From positions 736,001 through 800,000 of the forward strand of contig CBDCFW010000006.1 of assembly GCA_965216465.1 (NCBI GenBank): 64,000 bases of DNA, given 5' to 3'. The notes under the pieces were generated by a model, which worked only from the letters and a program-made list of their open reading frames with translations, was not told the origin of the DNA and ran no database searches. The number at the start of each line of letters is the position of its first letter. Positions within the stretch are counted from its first letter, which is position 1. This document shows positions 50,303 to 60,054 of this stretch, piece by piece. Both the position numbers and the translations under genes were made by a program. This stretch comes from Bacteroidia bacterium. GTDB taxonomy: Bacteria; Bacteroidota; Bacteroidia; NS11-12g; UBA9320.

Positions 50303-50717
50303 CAGGATTTAGTTGAATGCTATACTCGTAGTCTTCCTTATCTTTTTCGTGTAGAAATTTAGCCTCAGCTTCTGCTTCGCTGGTAGCTGAAAAATACGAT
50401 TGATGTCTCTCTTCGTCACCAGCTTTATTCCATGTAATGGTATATGAGTTTTCTATGGAGTTACTTTTCGACTCAATGTAGTCGAGCATCTTTTGTAAAC
50501 AATCTAACGAACTACTTCCATAAACGGTATGAAATAACATGTATTCATTGTGCTTTTCATTATAGGTTAAAACATTCAGTTTGATGGTTTCTGATGAAGA
50601 CATCAAATTAACATGATAATCAAAGTGGCTAGATACACCGTTGTCAGAATGAAGTATTTTAAAAATGGCATGTTGCATTTTTAATTGTTCCAGTTTTTTA
50701 TCGAAAGACTTCGTCAT
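50295..50717 (-). CDS. Hypothetical protein
   Basis: 140-aa ORF filling the gap; no recognised motif. Confidence 0.65.
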   Translation of the reverse strand: MTKSFDKKLEQLKMQHAIFKILHSDNGVSSHFDYHVNLMSSSETIKLNVLTYNEKHNEYMLFHTVYGSSSLDCLQKMLDYIESKSNSIENSYTITWNKAGDEERHQSYFSATSEAEAEAKFLHEKDKEDYEYSIQLNPVS

Positions 50718-50753
50718 TGATTTACTTTTGAACCGGTAAAATTACACCATTGA

Positions 50754-51185
50754 ATGGAATTGACACCTGAATATTTCATGAAACAAGCTATTAAATTAGC
50801 TGAAAATGCTTTTGCAGAAGATGAAGTACCCATTGGAGCTGTTATTGTAGCTAACAATCAGATTATAGGAAAAGGGTACAATCAGGTCGAGAAGTTAAAT
50901 GACCCAACAGCTCATGCAGAGATGTTAGCGATTACAGCTGCATCATCATACCTGGCTTCAAAATATTTAGATGATTGCAGCATTTATGTTACGATAGAAC
51001 CATGCGTGATGTGTTACGGTGCGATTAAAAATTCAAGAATAAAGAATGTGTACATCGGTGCCATGGAACCAAAGCACGGTTTCACCAATTTTGTTCAAAA
51101 CACGCAGAAGTTGAATGTAGAGGGGGGTATTTTGGAAGAGGAGAGTAGGCATTTAATGCAAACATTCTTTGGTAAAAAGAGATAA
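50754..51185 (+). CDS. tadA: tRNA adenosine deaminase (nucleoside deaminase)
   Basis: EVPIGAVIV, DPTAHAEM, TIEPCVMC.GA, FF..KR. Confidence 0.9.
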   Translation: MELTPEYFMKQAIKLAENAFAEDEVPIGAVIVANNQIIGKGYNQVEKLNDPTAHAEMLAITAASSYLASKYLDDCSIYVTIEPCVMCYGAIKNSRIKNVYIGAMEPKHGFTNFVQNTQKLNVEGGILEEESRHLMQTFFGKKR

Positions 51186-51261
51186 TCGTCTATTTTCGTC
51201 GAAACCTTATTCACTAACTAGAGACGATAAAACGTTAATTTATAAATAGTTAGTAATAGTA

Positions 51262-51426
51262 ATGGAAAAAGAATACCAAACTCGAGCAGCCGTATCTCTG
51301 CCGTTTTCAATTGAAATTTTAGGAACAAACGGAAGCACCACTATTGTAGGTGATCAAGTTGTAGTAATGGCCAAGCTGACCACTTCGGAAGGACGTGTGA
51401 TTTGGGCTACAATGCACAATAACTAG
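51262..51426 (+). CDS. Small ORF (54 aa) absent from the ORF track
   Basis: MEKEYQTRAAVSLPFSIEILGTNGSTTIVGDQVVVMAKLTTSEGRVIWATMHNN*; A-rich leader, TATTTTCG box at 51191, stop overlaps the convergent gene's stop. Confidence 0.55.
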   Translation: MEKEYQTRAAVSLPFSIEILGTNGSTTIVGDQVVVMAKLTTSEGRVIWATMHNN

Positions 51427-53933
51427 AACCTAAAAAGAGCAGTACCTTTAATTCCAAATGCACGGGTATTTGGATCATCGGTATCTAAGTAAGTAAGCCG
51501 ATGGATAAAATCGATTCGGATAAATCGTAAAATGTTTTCAATTCCGTATCCCACTTCAATATAAGGCTTTGAACCAACAAAGAAATTAGGTGATGTGATG
51601 CCTGTGCTATCGTGAGGTATCAAGGCCTGATTCTGAGTACTCATAGAACCATACACCGCTTTCGTGTTTACAAAGCTTCTTAATTTAAGTTGCTTAGCCA
51701 GTGGTACTCTGTTCATAATCAATCCATTAAACTGATGTTCGTAATCTACAGACACGTATTGATCGGTTGCAAATTCGAAGTAATTCATCAGATTATATGA
51801 GATTTTATTGCTGAAGAACGATTGATTTCCACGCATAATAAAAAGACTAGGATAAGGAGCCTCTCCAAATGTTTTATATGCCTTTACGGTGTATTCGAAT
51901 GTTCCGATGTTGCCCAGACTATTAAACTGCCATACTTCCACACCGAGTTTATGAAAATCAAAGTCTCCACCCATGATACCTTTAAAACTTTTGGTGTAAT
52001 CAACAGAAAGTACTGGTGCCTTTAAATTTCCTAGACTATATCGCATGTTGCGACGGTAAATAAATTGCTCTTTGTGGGAGAGTCGTCCGCGGAGGTTTAT
52101 TGATGCGATAGTGTAATCTGAGTTTATTGAGTTTGCCGGGTCATCTGTATTCAAATAGCCAAATCTGAATTCACCTACATCTTCAAAAATGAAATCTTTG
52201 TGGGTTATACTGATGTTCTGAGTATAGCCTTTAGCTAGCTCTTTTTCGTACCACAATCTCTTGATAAAACTTCTGTTGATTTGATCGGTTCCAAGCATAG
52301 CAAATGCTTCAAATATTGCGGTTGTACCCACATCTTCATCGGTTAAGCCTATAAGCTCAACATCCTTTTTTACAAAGCCCCCAATTTTTGCCCACTTCTT
52401 GCGATTAAGAACATGGTCTACGAAAACACCATATTTAAATTGCTCGTCTTTAAAGCCATATGCACCGTACGTCCTAAATTGAAAATCCTCATGAAATTCA
52501 GGACTCGTTCGAAACCCAATTCGCGACCGAACTCCTTCAATGTTGTTATAGCCCAATAAGTGGTAATAGGGACCAAGCTCAATCTTACCTGCGGGAATAT
52601 GTCCTTCTACTATAACCTCTACAACATCGATGTAGGTTTTTATAAGCGGTTGATTTTTAAGCGAGTCAACCATATTGTATATCCGCTTATCTTCCTCTGT
52701 GATTTGCTCATGGCGTGCTGTATCCCAATACTGATCCGACTTTTTGAATGATTGATCTTCTACTTCAATCTTCTCTTCGTAAAAAGCTAAATCGTGAACT
52801 TTATTTACCTTAATATTCTTGGCAGAATTGTAGTAAAGACCGATTAGGCCAACAGTGTTGCCTGTTAACTCTGCAATGTCTATCAATACTCTCGTTTTAC
52901 TAGGTAGCCAATAGGTAGGCTCGACCTCCATGAACTCTTGTTGGATTTTAAGTTTTTCAACAAAGTTGAGGTTGGCTTCTTTGGTGATTTCTAAACTCAA
53001 ACGTTTTACGGCATACGATTCGGCAGATATCCATAGTTGCCCTCTAAAAACCAGGTCCTTTGGATTTTTAGGGTCCACTTGTATTTGATAACACGGCTTA
53101 CCATCGATTAGCAAACTGTCTCTTAGCGAAAAGAAGTAATATGCATTGGCCTGAGACGACAGAGGCGAGATGAAGTCTTTATCAAGAATATAGAGGTTGT
53201 TTTCGTAGAAATTATATTGTTGAAATGTGGAACCTAAAACCTGTGAAACATAGCTTTCGTCACCAACACCAACTCCTTGTAATTTAGTCGCTCTAATAAC
53301 CTCTTTGGTTCTTCGTGGAAATTTGCGGAAGTAATAATCACTAATGGTTTCAGACACAAAAACCGGGAGCACTTTTTGAGAATTGGTATCGCTAAAAGCA
53401 GAAACGGTATCGAAAAGAGGTTCCATCGCTCCGAATATTTTTCGTTTCTTGAACTTATCAGTAACATTGTCTACGGCAAGCTGAACCTTATTGTAGCCTT
53501 CATATTCGTAGTACTCAATTTTTTCAGGGTTGTATTGTTTTTTTTGTTTTTGAGCACGCCGCATTATGATCTCCGCGTGGTTTATTCCTCCAGGGCGAAC
53601 TACAAACTCCTCCAACGAGCTGGCCGATTCGTAAAGAACGAAGTCTATTTGTTGCTCTTTTTCATCCGTCACGGGCATTGTAACAGAAGTATAGCCCATG
53701 TAAATGGCAACAATGCTATCTACTTTGAGATTCGTTTCAATACTATAATAGCCATCAAAGTCTGATACAGCACCAAGTTTAACATTGGCTCCTCGAATGG
53801 TTACGTATGGAAGAGGATCTCCAGAGACACCATCGGTCACTCTTCCAGAAATTTGAATCTGGCAATAAGTAGTATGCTGGATTAACAATCCAAATAAGAT
53901 GTAGAGTAGCCTTTTCACTATTTGTGTAGGCAA
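51423..53933 (-). CDS. DUF5686 plus carboxypeptidase-regulatory-like domain outer-membrane protein
   Basis: ISGRVTD...G.PLPY...SDFDGYY, PVFVSET.S, YNNIEG.R.R.G, PY.EVGYGIENI, terminal F. Confidence 0.88.
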   Translation of the reverse strand: MPTQIVKRLLYILFGLLIQHTTYCQIQISGRVTDGVSGDPLPYVTIRGANVKLGAVSDFDGYYSIETNLKVDSIVAIYMGYTSVTMPVTDEKEQQIDFVLYESASSLEEFVVRPGGINHAEIIMRRAQKQKKQYNPEKIEYYEYEGYNKVQLAVDNVTDKFKKRKIFGAMEPLFDTVSAFSDTNSQKVLPVFVSETISDYYFRKFPRRTKEVIRATKLQGVGVGDESYVSQVLGSTFQQYNFYENNLYILDKDFISPLSSQANAYYFFSLRDSLLIDGKPCYQIQVDPKNPKDLVFRGQLWISAESYAVKRLSLEITKEANLNFVEKLKIQQEFMEVEPTYWLPSKTRVLIDIAELTGNTVGLIGLYYNSAKNIKVNKVHDLAFYEEKIEVEDQSFKKSDQYWDTARHEQITEEDKRIYNMVDSLKNQPLIKTYIDVVEVIVEGHIPAGKIELGPYYHLLGYNNIEGVRSRIGFRTSPEFHEDFQFRTYGAYGFKDEQFKYGVFVDHVLNRKKWAKIGGFVKKDVELIGLTDEDVGTTAIFEAFAMLGTDQINRSFIKRLWYEKELAKGYTQNISITHKDFIFEDVGEFRFGYLNTDDPANSINSDYTIASINLRGRLSHKEQFIYRRNMRYSLGNLKAPVLSVDYTKSFKGIMGGDFDFHKLGVEVWQFNSLGNIGTFEYTVKAYKTFGEAPYPSLFIMRGNQSFFSNKISYNLMNYFEFATDQYVSVDYEHQFNGLIMNRVPLAKQLKLRSFVNTKAVYGSMSTQNQALIPHDSTGITSPNFFVGSKPYIEVGYGIENILRFIRIDFIHRLTYLDTDDPNTRAFGIKGTALFRF

Positions 53934-53956
53934 TAATAACTAATTATGATGTTATG

Positions 53957-54730
53957 TTATTGTAAGAATTCGGCACATGCATCGAAGAATTCAGTGGGTT
54001 TTTCAGCATGAACCCAATGTCCAGCATCAGCAATTCCCACAAACTCTGTATCGGTAAATACTTCTTCAATATTGTGAATATCTTCATCTTTAATATACCC
54101 CGAGGCTTCCCCATAAAGAAACAAGGTTGGAGCATTTATAAGCCATTGAAATTCAAGAACATCAATCATTTTAGGGTAAAAGGTCTCGATTGGTTTTAAA
54201 TTGAATTTTAAACGGTATCCCATTTCAGCTTTCTCCAAGTTCTTAAGCAGAAACTGTCTTATTGAAATACTGCTCTCAACCTGTGCCAAAGCTTGATCTG
54301 CCTCTTTCCGACTTTCGAACGTTGAGAAGTCTAAATCATTAAACGCCTTAAAGTAAGTTGTGTGACCTGGCCTATATTTTTTTGGAGCAATATCAACTAC
54401 AATCAACTTTTGAACCTTGTCGGGATGCAGGTCAGCGAACTTCATTACCGTTTTACCACCCATGGAGTGGCCCAAAATATGTGCAGATTCGATATTTAAA
54501 TCGGCCATCAATTCGGCAAGATCTTCAGCCATATCTTCAAAGCTCATGGTATCAGTGTGTGGACTTTTACCATGGTTTCTTTGATCAACAGTTATCACAT
54601 TGAAGTGAGCAGAAAACTTTCTGGCCATGTTATGCCAATTATCGAGCATACCAAAAAGGCCATGAAGAATGAATAGATATTCGTCTGAATCAGGGTTTGA
54701 ATAAATCTTGTGAAACAGCTTGACAGCCAT
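53957..54730 (-). CDS. Alpha/beta-fold esterase (YbfF-like)
   Basis: LHGLFG..DNW, DQRNHG.SPH, GHSMGGK, VDIAP, AGHWVHAE. Confidence 0.9.
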   Translation of the reverse strand: MAVKLFHKIYSNPDSDEYLFILHGLFGMLDNWHNMARKFSAHFNVITVDQRNHGKSPHTDTMSFEDMAEDLAELMADLNIESAHILGHSMGGKTVMKFADLHPDKVQKLIVVDIAPKKYRPGHTTYFKAFNDLDFSTFESRKEADQALAQVESSISIRQFLLKNLEKAEMGYRLKFNLKPIETFYPKMIDVLEFQWLINAPTLFLYGEASGYIKDEDIHNIEEVFTDTEFVGIADAGHWVHAEKPTEFFDACAEFLQ

Positions 54731-55845
54731 TATCCCAAAATTTCTTCAACTGGAGTATAGTCCAAGTTAAAGGCTTCAGCTACACCTTCGTAGCACACCT
54801 TTCCTTCAACAACATTAAGACCAAGTCTTAGTTCCTTACTGTCTTTACAAGCTTGCTTCCATCCTTTGTTTGCTAATTGGATAGCGTAAGGAAGAGTTGC
54901 GTTTGTTAAGGCAAGAGTAGAAGTATAAGGAACAGCACCTGGCATGTTCGCAACAGTATAGTGAATTACGTCGTCGATTACATAGATTGGATCTTCGTGA
55001 GTAGTTGGACGAGTAGTTTCGAAACATCCACCTTGGTCAACGGCAACGTCAACCATCACAGTACCTGGACGCATTTCTTTTAACATGTCTCTAGTAATCA
55101 AATGAGGAGCTTTAGCACCTGGAATAAGAACAGCACCGATGATTAGATCGGCAGTTTTAATTGCTTCGCGGATATTGTATTCGTTTGAGTAAACAGTATC
55201 AACATTTGCATCCATGATGTCGTCTAATTGACGTAAACGAGGCAAAGAAATATCCATCATAGTAACGTGAGCACCTAAGCCAGCTGCCATTTTAGCCGCT
55301 TGAGTACCTACGATACCACCACCAAGAACTAATACTTCTGCAGGCTTAACTCCTGGAACACCTCCTAAAAGAATTCCTCTTCCACCCATTGGCTTTTCAA
55401 GATATTTAGCTCCTTCTTGAGTACTCATTCTTCCTGCGACCTCACTCATTGGTACAAGCAAAGGAAGACTGCGGTCTGCTTTCTCAACAGTTTCGTAGGC
55501 TAAACATACAGAACCGTTGTCGATCATTGCGTGCGTTAATGGCTCATAACTTGCAAAGTGGAAGTAAGTAAATAATAACTGGTCTTTCTTAATCAGCTTG
55601 TATTCTGGCTCAATAGGTTCTTTTACCTTAATGATCATTTCAGCAATTGCATAAGTGTCTTCAATAGTTGGAAGCATTTCTGCTCCTGCTTGAACGTATT
55701 CATCGTCAGAAAACCCACTACCTAAACCTGCTGTAGATTGAACATAAACCGTATGGCCATGCTTCTTAAGTTCAGCAACACCTGCTGGAGTAAGAGCAAC
55801 TCTATTTTCGTTGTTCTTAATTTCTTTTGGTACACCAATTATCAT
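54730..55845 (-). CDS. ald: Alanine dehydrogenase
   Basis: [46 protein letters not shown]; ATG at 55845. Confidence 0.97.
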   Translation of the reverse strand: MIIGVPKEIKNNENRVALTPAGVAELKKHGHTVYVQSTAGLGSGFSDDEYVQAGAEMLPTIEDTYAIAEMIIKVKEPIEPEYKLIKKDQLLFTYFHFASYEPLTHAMIDNGSVCLAYETVEKADRSLPLLVPMSEVAGRMSTQEGAKYLEKPMGGRGILLGGVPGVKPAEVLVLGGGIVGTQAAKMAAGLGAHVTMMDISLPRLRQLDDIMDANVDTVYSNEYNIREAIKTADLIIGAVLIPGAKAPHLITRDMLKEMRPGTVMVDVAVDQGGCFETTRPTTHEDPIYVIDDVIHYTVANMPGAVPYTSTLALTNATLPYAIQLANKGWKQACKDSKELRLGLNVVEGKVCYEGVAEAFNLDYTPVEEILG

Positions 55846-55929
55846 TTTTTCAGTTTTAAAAAGTGCGACAAAAATAGGTTTTTTGGCAATTGGAAGTATC
55901 AAAAAATTCTGTGATATCTTTGATGAACT

Positions 55930-56457
55930 ATGACAAAACTTTTTTTGACAATTATTTTAGCTTCTCTCTTGTTTTCGTGCAAGGAAGATCCTACCTCTTT
56001 GGCCTGTTATCAAGAGCCTATTGAAATCTACGAAGACCCGCATGATGCCGACTCTCTTTTGCTTGCAGGGCAAATTGACCAAGTTACTAAAGATTGCTGT
56101 CCAGGCACCTTTGTCTTTTACCTTCCAACGGCATTTACACCCAATGGAGATAAACTGAATGATGTGTTTAAACCCTTTGGTCTTGGATATGAGGTTGAGT
56201 ACATGAAATTTGAAAGAAATGGACAAGTAATCCTAGTTGAAGATTCTCAATGGGATGGTTCTGCAGCTGGGGGAAATGCACCACAAGGTTTGTACAATTA
56301 TTCCATAGAGTTAACAACTTGGGCCAACGAAACAAGGACGATTACAGGACAAGTTGCCTTAATTGTAGACGACGAATTCGACAAATGCGATTGCTATTTT
56401 GAAGACATGCTTGATCCTACGCGAGGATTTATAAGTGGGTCACAAGAAGGATGCTAA
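55930..56457 (+). CDS. Small lipoprotein consisting mostly of a T9SS type-B CTD-like domain with a Cys-rich tail
   Basis: Lipobox LFSC; FYLPTAFTPNGDKLNDVFKP...WDG......PQGLY.Y....TG.V.LI, then about 30 more residues. Confidence 0.75.
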   Translation: MTKLFLTIILASLLFSCKEDPTSLACYQEPIEIYEDPHDADSLLLAGQIDQVTKDCCPGTFVFYLPTAFTPNGDKLNDVFKPFGLGYEVEYMKFERNGQVILVEDSQWDGSAAGGNAPQGLYNYSIELTTWANETRTITGQVALIVDDEFDKCDCYFEDMLDPTRGFISGSQEGC

Positions 56458-56458
56458 A

Positions 56459-59032
56459 CTATTTCAAGTAAACGATCTCTTTGCTAATCACCCCTCTATC
56501 AGTAGTTAACATCAACCACATTACACCGTTGCTTGCCTTCCATTCTACAGCTAAGTCTTTACCTGATTGAGCGACTAAAATGTCAATCTTTTCACCAACA
56601 GCATTGTAAAGAGCAATATCTCTTACCTCCAGTCCAGAAGGGAGGTTTACTGTCAGTTTTCCTGAAGATGGATTTGGATAAACACGAACCAAATTGCTCA
56701 GATCTTCAACTCCTGCAGTTTTAAATATAGCATTTGATGTATCGGATAAACAATTATTCGAATCGAGATGTGTTGCAGTATATCGACCAATTCCAGAAAC
56801 CACATGGTAATTGTTCGTAGATGAAACCAGCGTATCATTTTTATACCAGTAGTGATCTCCAGTTTTGTTGGAGAAAATGGTGTCACCGATTCGGGTTAGG
56901 GTGGGGGCGGTTGCTGGGTACAGCTTAACAATAAAACTATCGCTTCCCACGCATCCAGTTGTATCCATCAAACTGTAAACATAAGTGCCTGAAGCATCAA
57001 AGTAAATTGTATCATTCGAGCGATTAATATTGGCCCACCAGGTTGGAGTTAAATTACTCGGAACGACCAGCTCATAGCCATATCGACTTCCACAGTCCTC
57101 AATACTGTCAACGTGTGACAAACTGGGAATAGGATGAAAAACTACGTCAATTGTGTCGTAGCCTAAACAGCCATTTGTATCAACAACCGAGTAGGCATAT
57201 TGACCTTCCGAATCAAACCAAATAGTATCGTTTGATCGCTGAATATTGGTCCACCATGTCGGGGTGAGATGGCTTGGAACAGGAAGCACATAATTTGCAC
57301 TGGTGCCACATCCTTCAACCAACGAATCTGCATTTAAACTGGGAATGTCATGAATGGTTACGTTTATACTATCACGCGTAACACAGCTTCTTGAATCTGT
57401 TCCTTCAACCCATGCTAAACCAGACGTCTCAAATAGTTTAGATCTATTGGTCGATGAATCGTGCCATCGAAAATTAGTAAACGAATCGGTGTCAACGGCT
57501 AAAGTGATAGGCAGGCATGATGCAGTATCTCCTAAATCAAACGAAATGGTATCTTTTGGTCCAATGGTAAAGAGTGCACTGGCAGTGTCAAAACAATTAT
57601 TATTATAGCTAACGATAACTTTGTGCTCGCCTGATTCTGTTATTGTATTACTTGAACCTTGAGTACCATTACTCCACCAAATTGATGTAAAATCAGGAAA
57701 CGACAAAGTAACTGGTTCGCAAGAAGTAGAGTCTTTTAGTTCGACAACAGGTGCCTGTCGAACATACACCTTGTATGTTTGAGTACTAAATCCAGGTCTG
57801 GGGCAATGATTGTCAGTGGCTCTAACTGAGAACATATATGGGGTGTTTCTCGTGTGGTTAGCATTAGGTGTCCAGCAAAATCTTCCTGTTTGAATCCTCG
57901 CCGTTGGATTGATTATCGTAAAACTACCATCAGGAATACCATTATTCCATTTAAGTTCAACACTATCTGGTGCTGGTGTAGGTGCTGGTGGCGGTGGAAC
58001 ATACACATCGTCATCAGCTGTAATGTTAAAGCATAGTTGAGTTCCTGCACAAACGTTATAGCTTGTAGGTCCATCTAATGTAGGCGGGTTATTACCCGGA
58101 CAGGATCTTATTATGGTCTGTATTTCTCGTCGAGTTGTTCCAATATGTTGGTAGCTGCCCAAAGTGTCTTTTCTCCATTCTTTTACTTCTATTACGTAAG
58201 TGGTAACCTGATTGCATCCTGTAGGGGTAAAAATAAGTTCACCTGTTGTTGGACCCAGATAAATCCCGATTGGGGGAGTGGCACCAGGATTATTATATGG
58301 TGGACCTAAAGACCCAGGGTAGTACGCACTGAGTGGATAGTTGTATGAAAAAGAACCGGTATATGCAACATTATATGACCAAGAAGATAATGGATGAGCA
58401 AAAGAGTATGAAAGAGAGTCATAATCGATGGTATCAATAGCACCAAGACTTGTTCTTACTGGCTGATTGCAACAAATGTAACCTTCTGGCGGATTTGTAA
58501 ATATAGGGCTTGAATTTTTGTTAGAGTTGTTTACTGATGGATTTAACTTTATCTCTGCGTAGGTGTAGAAATTGCTATTTTGAGGTCCAGTTGTTATGGA
58601 TGTATTTCTGCAACACTGTCCTGTTTGAAAGATAATACTGCCTGAGCAGTTTGCCAGACCACTATAGGGTGTAGAATTAAAGTCAATTATAGTTGTGTAA
58701 GTGTGTTTCTCAATGCCATCACCTGTATTATAGGTATTTGAAGGGCTACATAACCGTTGTGCAGTATCACAAAGCGATGTAATTTCTTCAATGCCAACTA
58801 ACGTTAAGCTTACAGTTGCAGAGCTTCCGGTTAGACATCTGACACTTGTAACACCACTAGGATTGGTGAATGCAACACCCTTGCAACTTCGGTAAAAAAT
58901 GCAAGTAACCTTGTATTTAAGCGTGTCAAGGGCTTCATAGGTAACTTCGGCACCCATAACATGGGTTGCTCTTGCGTGTTGGCTTATGAAAAAAAAGGTA
59001 AAGAGGAGAAGTAAGGCTTTGTACTGTTTCAT
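56459..59032 (-). CDS. Secreted Cys-rich protein with T9SS type-A CTD
   Basis: Signal ARA-THVMGAEVTY, CCRN, NSSP.F, GA.D..D.DSLSY; C-terminal VYPNPSSG.L.V...LYNAVG. Confidence 0.88.
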   Translation of the reverse strand: MKQYKALLLLFTFFFISQHARATHVMGAEVTYEALDTLKYKVTCIFYRSCKGVAFTNPSGVTSVRCLTGSSATVSLTLVGIEEITSLCDTAQRLCSPSNTYNTGDGIEKHTYTTIIDFNSTPYSGLANCSGSIIFQTGQCCRNTSITTGPQNSNFYTYAEIKLNPSVNNSNKNSSPIFTNPPEGYICCNQPVRTSLGAIDTIDYDSLSYSFAHPLSSWSYNVAYTGSFSYNYPLSAYYPGSLGPPYNNPGATPPIGIYLGPTTGELIFTPTGCNQVTTYVIEVKEWRKDTLGSYQHIGTTRREIQTIIRSCPGNNPPTLDGPTSYNVCAGTQLCFNITADDDVYVPPPPAPTPAPDSVELKWNNGIPDGSFTIINPTARIQTGRFCWTPNANHTRNTPYMFSVRATDNHCPRPGFSTQTYKVYVRQAPVVELKDSTSCEPVTLSFPDFTSIWWSNGTQGSSNTITESGEHKVIVSYNNNCFDTASALFTIGPKDTISFDLGDTASCLPITLAVDTDSFTNFRWHDSSTNRSKLFETSGLAWVEGTDSRSCVTRDSINVTIHDIPSLNADSLVEGCGTSANYVLPVPSHLTPTWWTNIQRSNDTIWFDSEGQYAYSVVDTNGCLGYDTIDVVFHPIPSLSHVDSIEDCGSRYGYELVVPSNLTPTWWANINRSNDTIYFDASGTYVYSLMDTTGCVGSDSFIVKLYPATAPTLTRIGDTIFSNKTGDHYWYKNDTLVSSTNNYHVVSGIGRYTATHLDSNNCLSDTSNAIFKTAGVEDLSNLVRVYPNPSSGKLTVNLPSGLEVRDIALYNAVGEKIDILVAQSGKDLAVEWKASNGVMWLMLTTDRGVISKEIVYLK
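56920..57350 (-). repeat. Two 72-aa (216-bp) internal repeats in the T9SS cargo protein (boundaries approximate)
   Basis: VPSHLTPTWWTNIQRSNDTIWFD..G.Y.YS.. versus VPSNLTPTWWANINRSNDTIYFD..G.Y.YS.. Confidence 0.8.
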
Positions 59033-59109
59033 AGAGGAATATCAAATATAAGACAGAGTTAAAAATACATTTGTTGCCTGAAGGTAAAATTTACCTTAGG
59101 GTATAAATG

Positions 59110-60054
59110 TTACTCAGCCAAGTTTTCAGCCACACGTTCCGGTAATTCTCCTTGCTCCAATGACTTTAAAATTTCAGCCTCATAATTTCCAAGTTTGGCT
59201 AAGAGTAGTTCTTGCAAGGTTTTCTTGGCCCAGTAGGTCATTTGAAGTTTTCTGTTATTCGCTTTGTGTTGATTGTCAACAACATGCGACTCAAAATCGT
59301 TGATGTGTCTGCTTAGAAGATCCATTCCATTTTGTTGAAGTGCAGAAGCGGTCATCACCTTAGATATCCACCCACTTTCATTCTCTGGCATCAGGTGTAG
59401 TGCCATGCTGTATTCCTTCGCGGTTAACCTCGCTTGTTTCTCTGCATCGCCATCAGCCTTGTTCACAACGATGAGGTCGGCCATCTCCATAATTCCGCGC
59501 TTTATACCTTGAAGCTCATCTCCTCCTCCAGGGTTTAGCACCAAAACAAACATATCAGTTAGCTGAGCAATCTCAGTTTCACCTTGTCCTACGCCAACAC
59601 TTTCTATAATTATAGTATTAAAACCAGCAGCTTCACAAAGCAACATGGCCAAACGTGTGTTTTTTGCTAATCCACCCAGCTGATTTCCACTAGCTGTTGG
59701 ACGGATATAAGCTCGATCATGATTGCTCAATTGGCTCATTCTAGTTTTATCTCCGAGAATACTGCCCTTGGTTTTGCCACTACTAGGGTCTATGCTTAGA
59801 ACGGCCACTTTCTTTGAATCGTCTTTAAGTAGTTCTATGCCCAAAGCTTCAATTAATGTACTTTTACCTGCTCCGGGAGTCCCAGTTATTCCTATTCTCA
59901 GTGTATTAGAATGGGCTCCAAAATGTTCAATAATTTCAAGGGCAAGATTACGTTGTTTAGCTAAAGTGCTTTCTGCTAATGTAATGGCCTTACTCAGCAT
60001 CCGAATATCACCGTTCTTTATTCCTTCAATTATTTCTTCTTTACTTGTAGCCAT
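59110..60054 (-). CDS. meaB: Methylmalonyl-CoA mutase-associated GTPase MeaB
   Basis: RIGITGTPGAGKST, DPSS..T.GSILGDKTRM, ESVGVGQ, GDELQGIKRG, NKADG. Confidence 0.95.
   Translation of the reverse strand: MATSKEEIIEGIKNGDIRMLSKAITLAESTLAKQRNLALEIIEHFGAHSNTLRIGITGTPGAGKSTLIEALGIELLKDDSKKVAVLSIDPSSGKTKGSILGDKTRMSQLSNHDRAYIRPTASGNQLGGLAKNTRLAMLLCEAAGFNTIIIESVGVGQGETEIAQLTDMFVLVLNPGGGDELQGIKRGIMEMADLIVVNKADGDAEKQARLTAKEYSMALHLMPENESGWISKVMTASALQQNGMDLLSRHINDFESHVVDNQHKANNRKLQMTYWAKKTLQELLLAKLGNYEAEILKSLEQGELPERVAENLAE

Noticed and set aside
59066-59100. TACATTTG box plus CCT(G)AAGGTAAA/TTTACCTTAGG hairpin as an antisense sRNA to meaB
   Set aside because: Short and AT-rich; equally explained as a meaB 3' hairpin; no independent support
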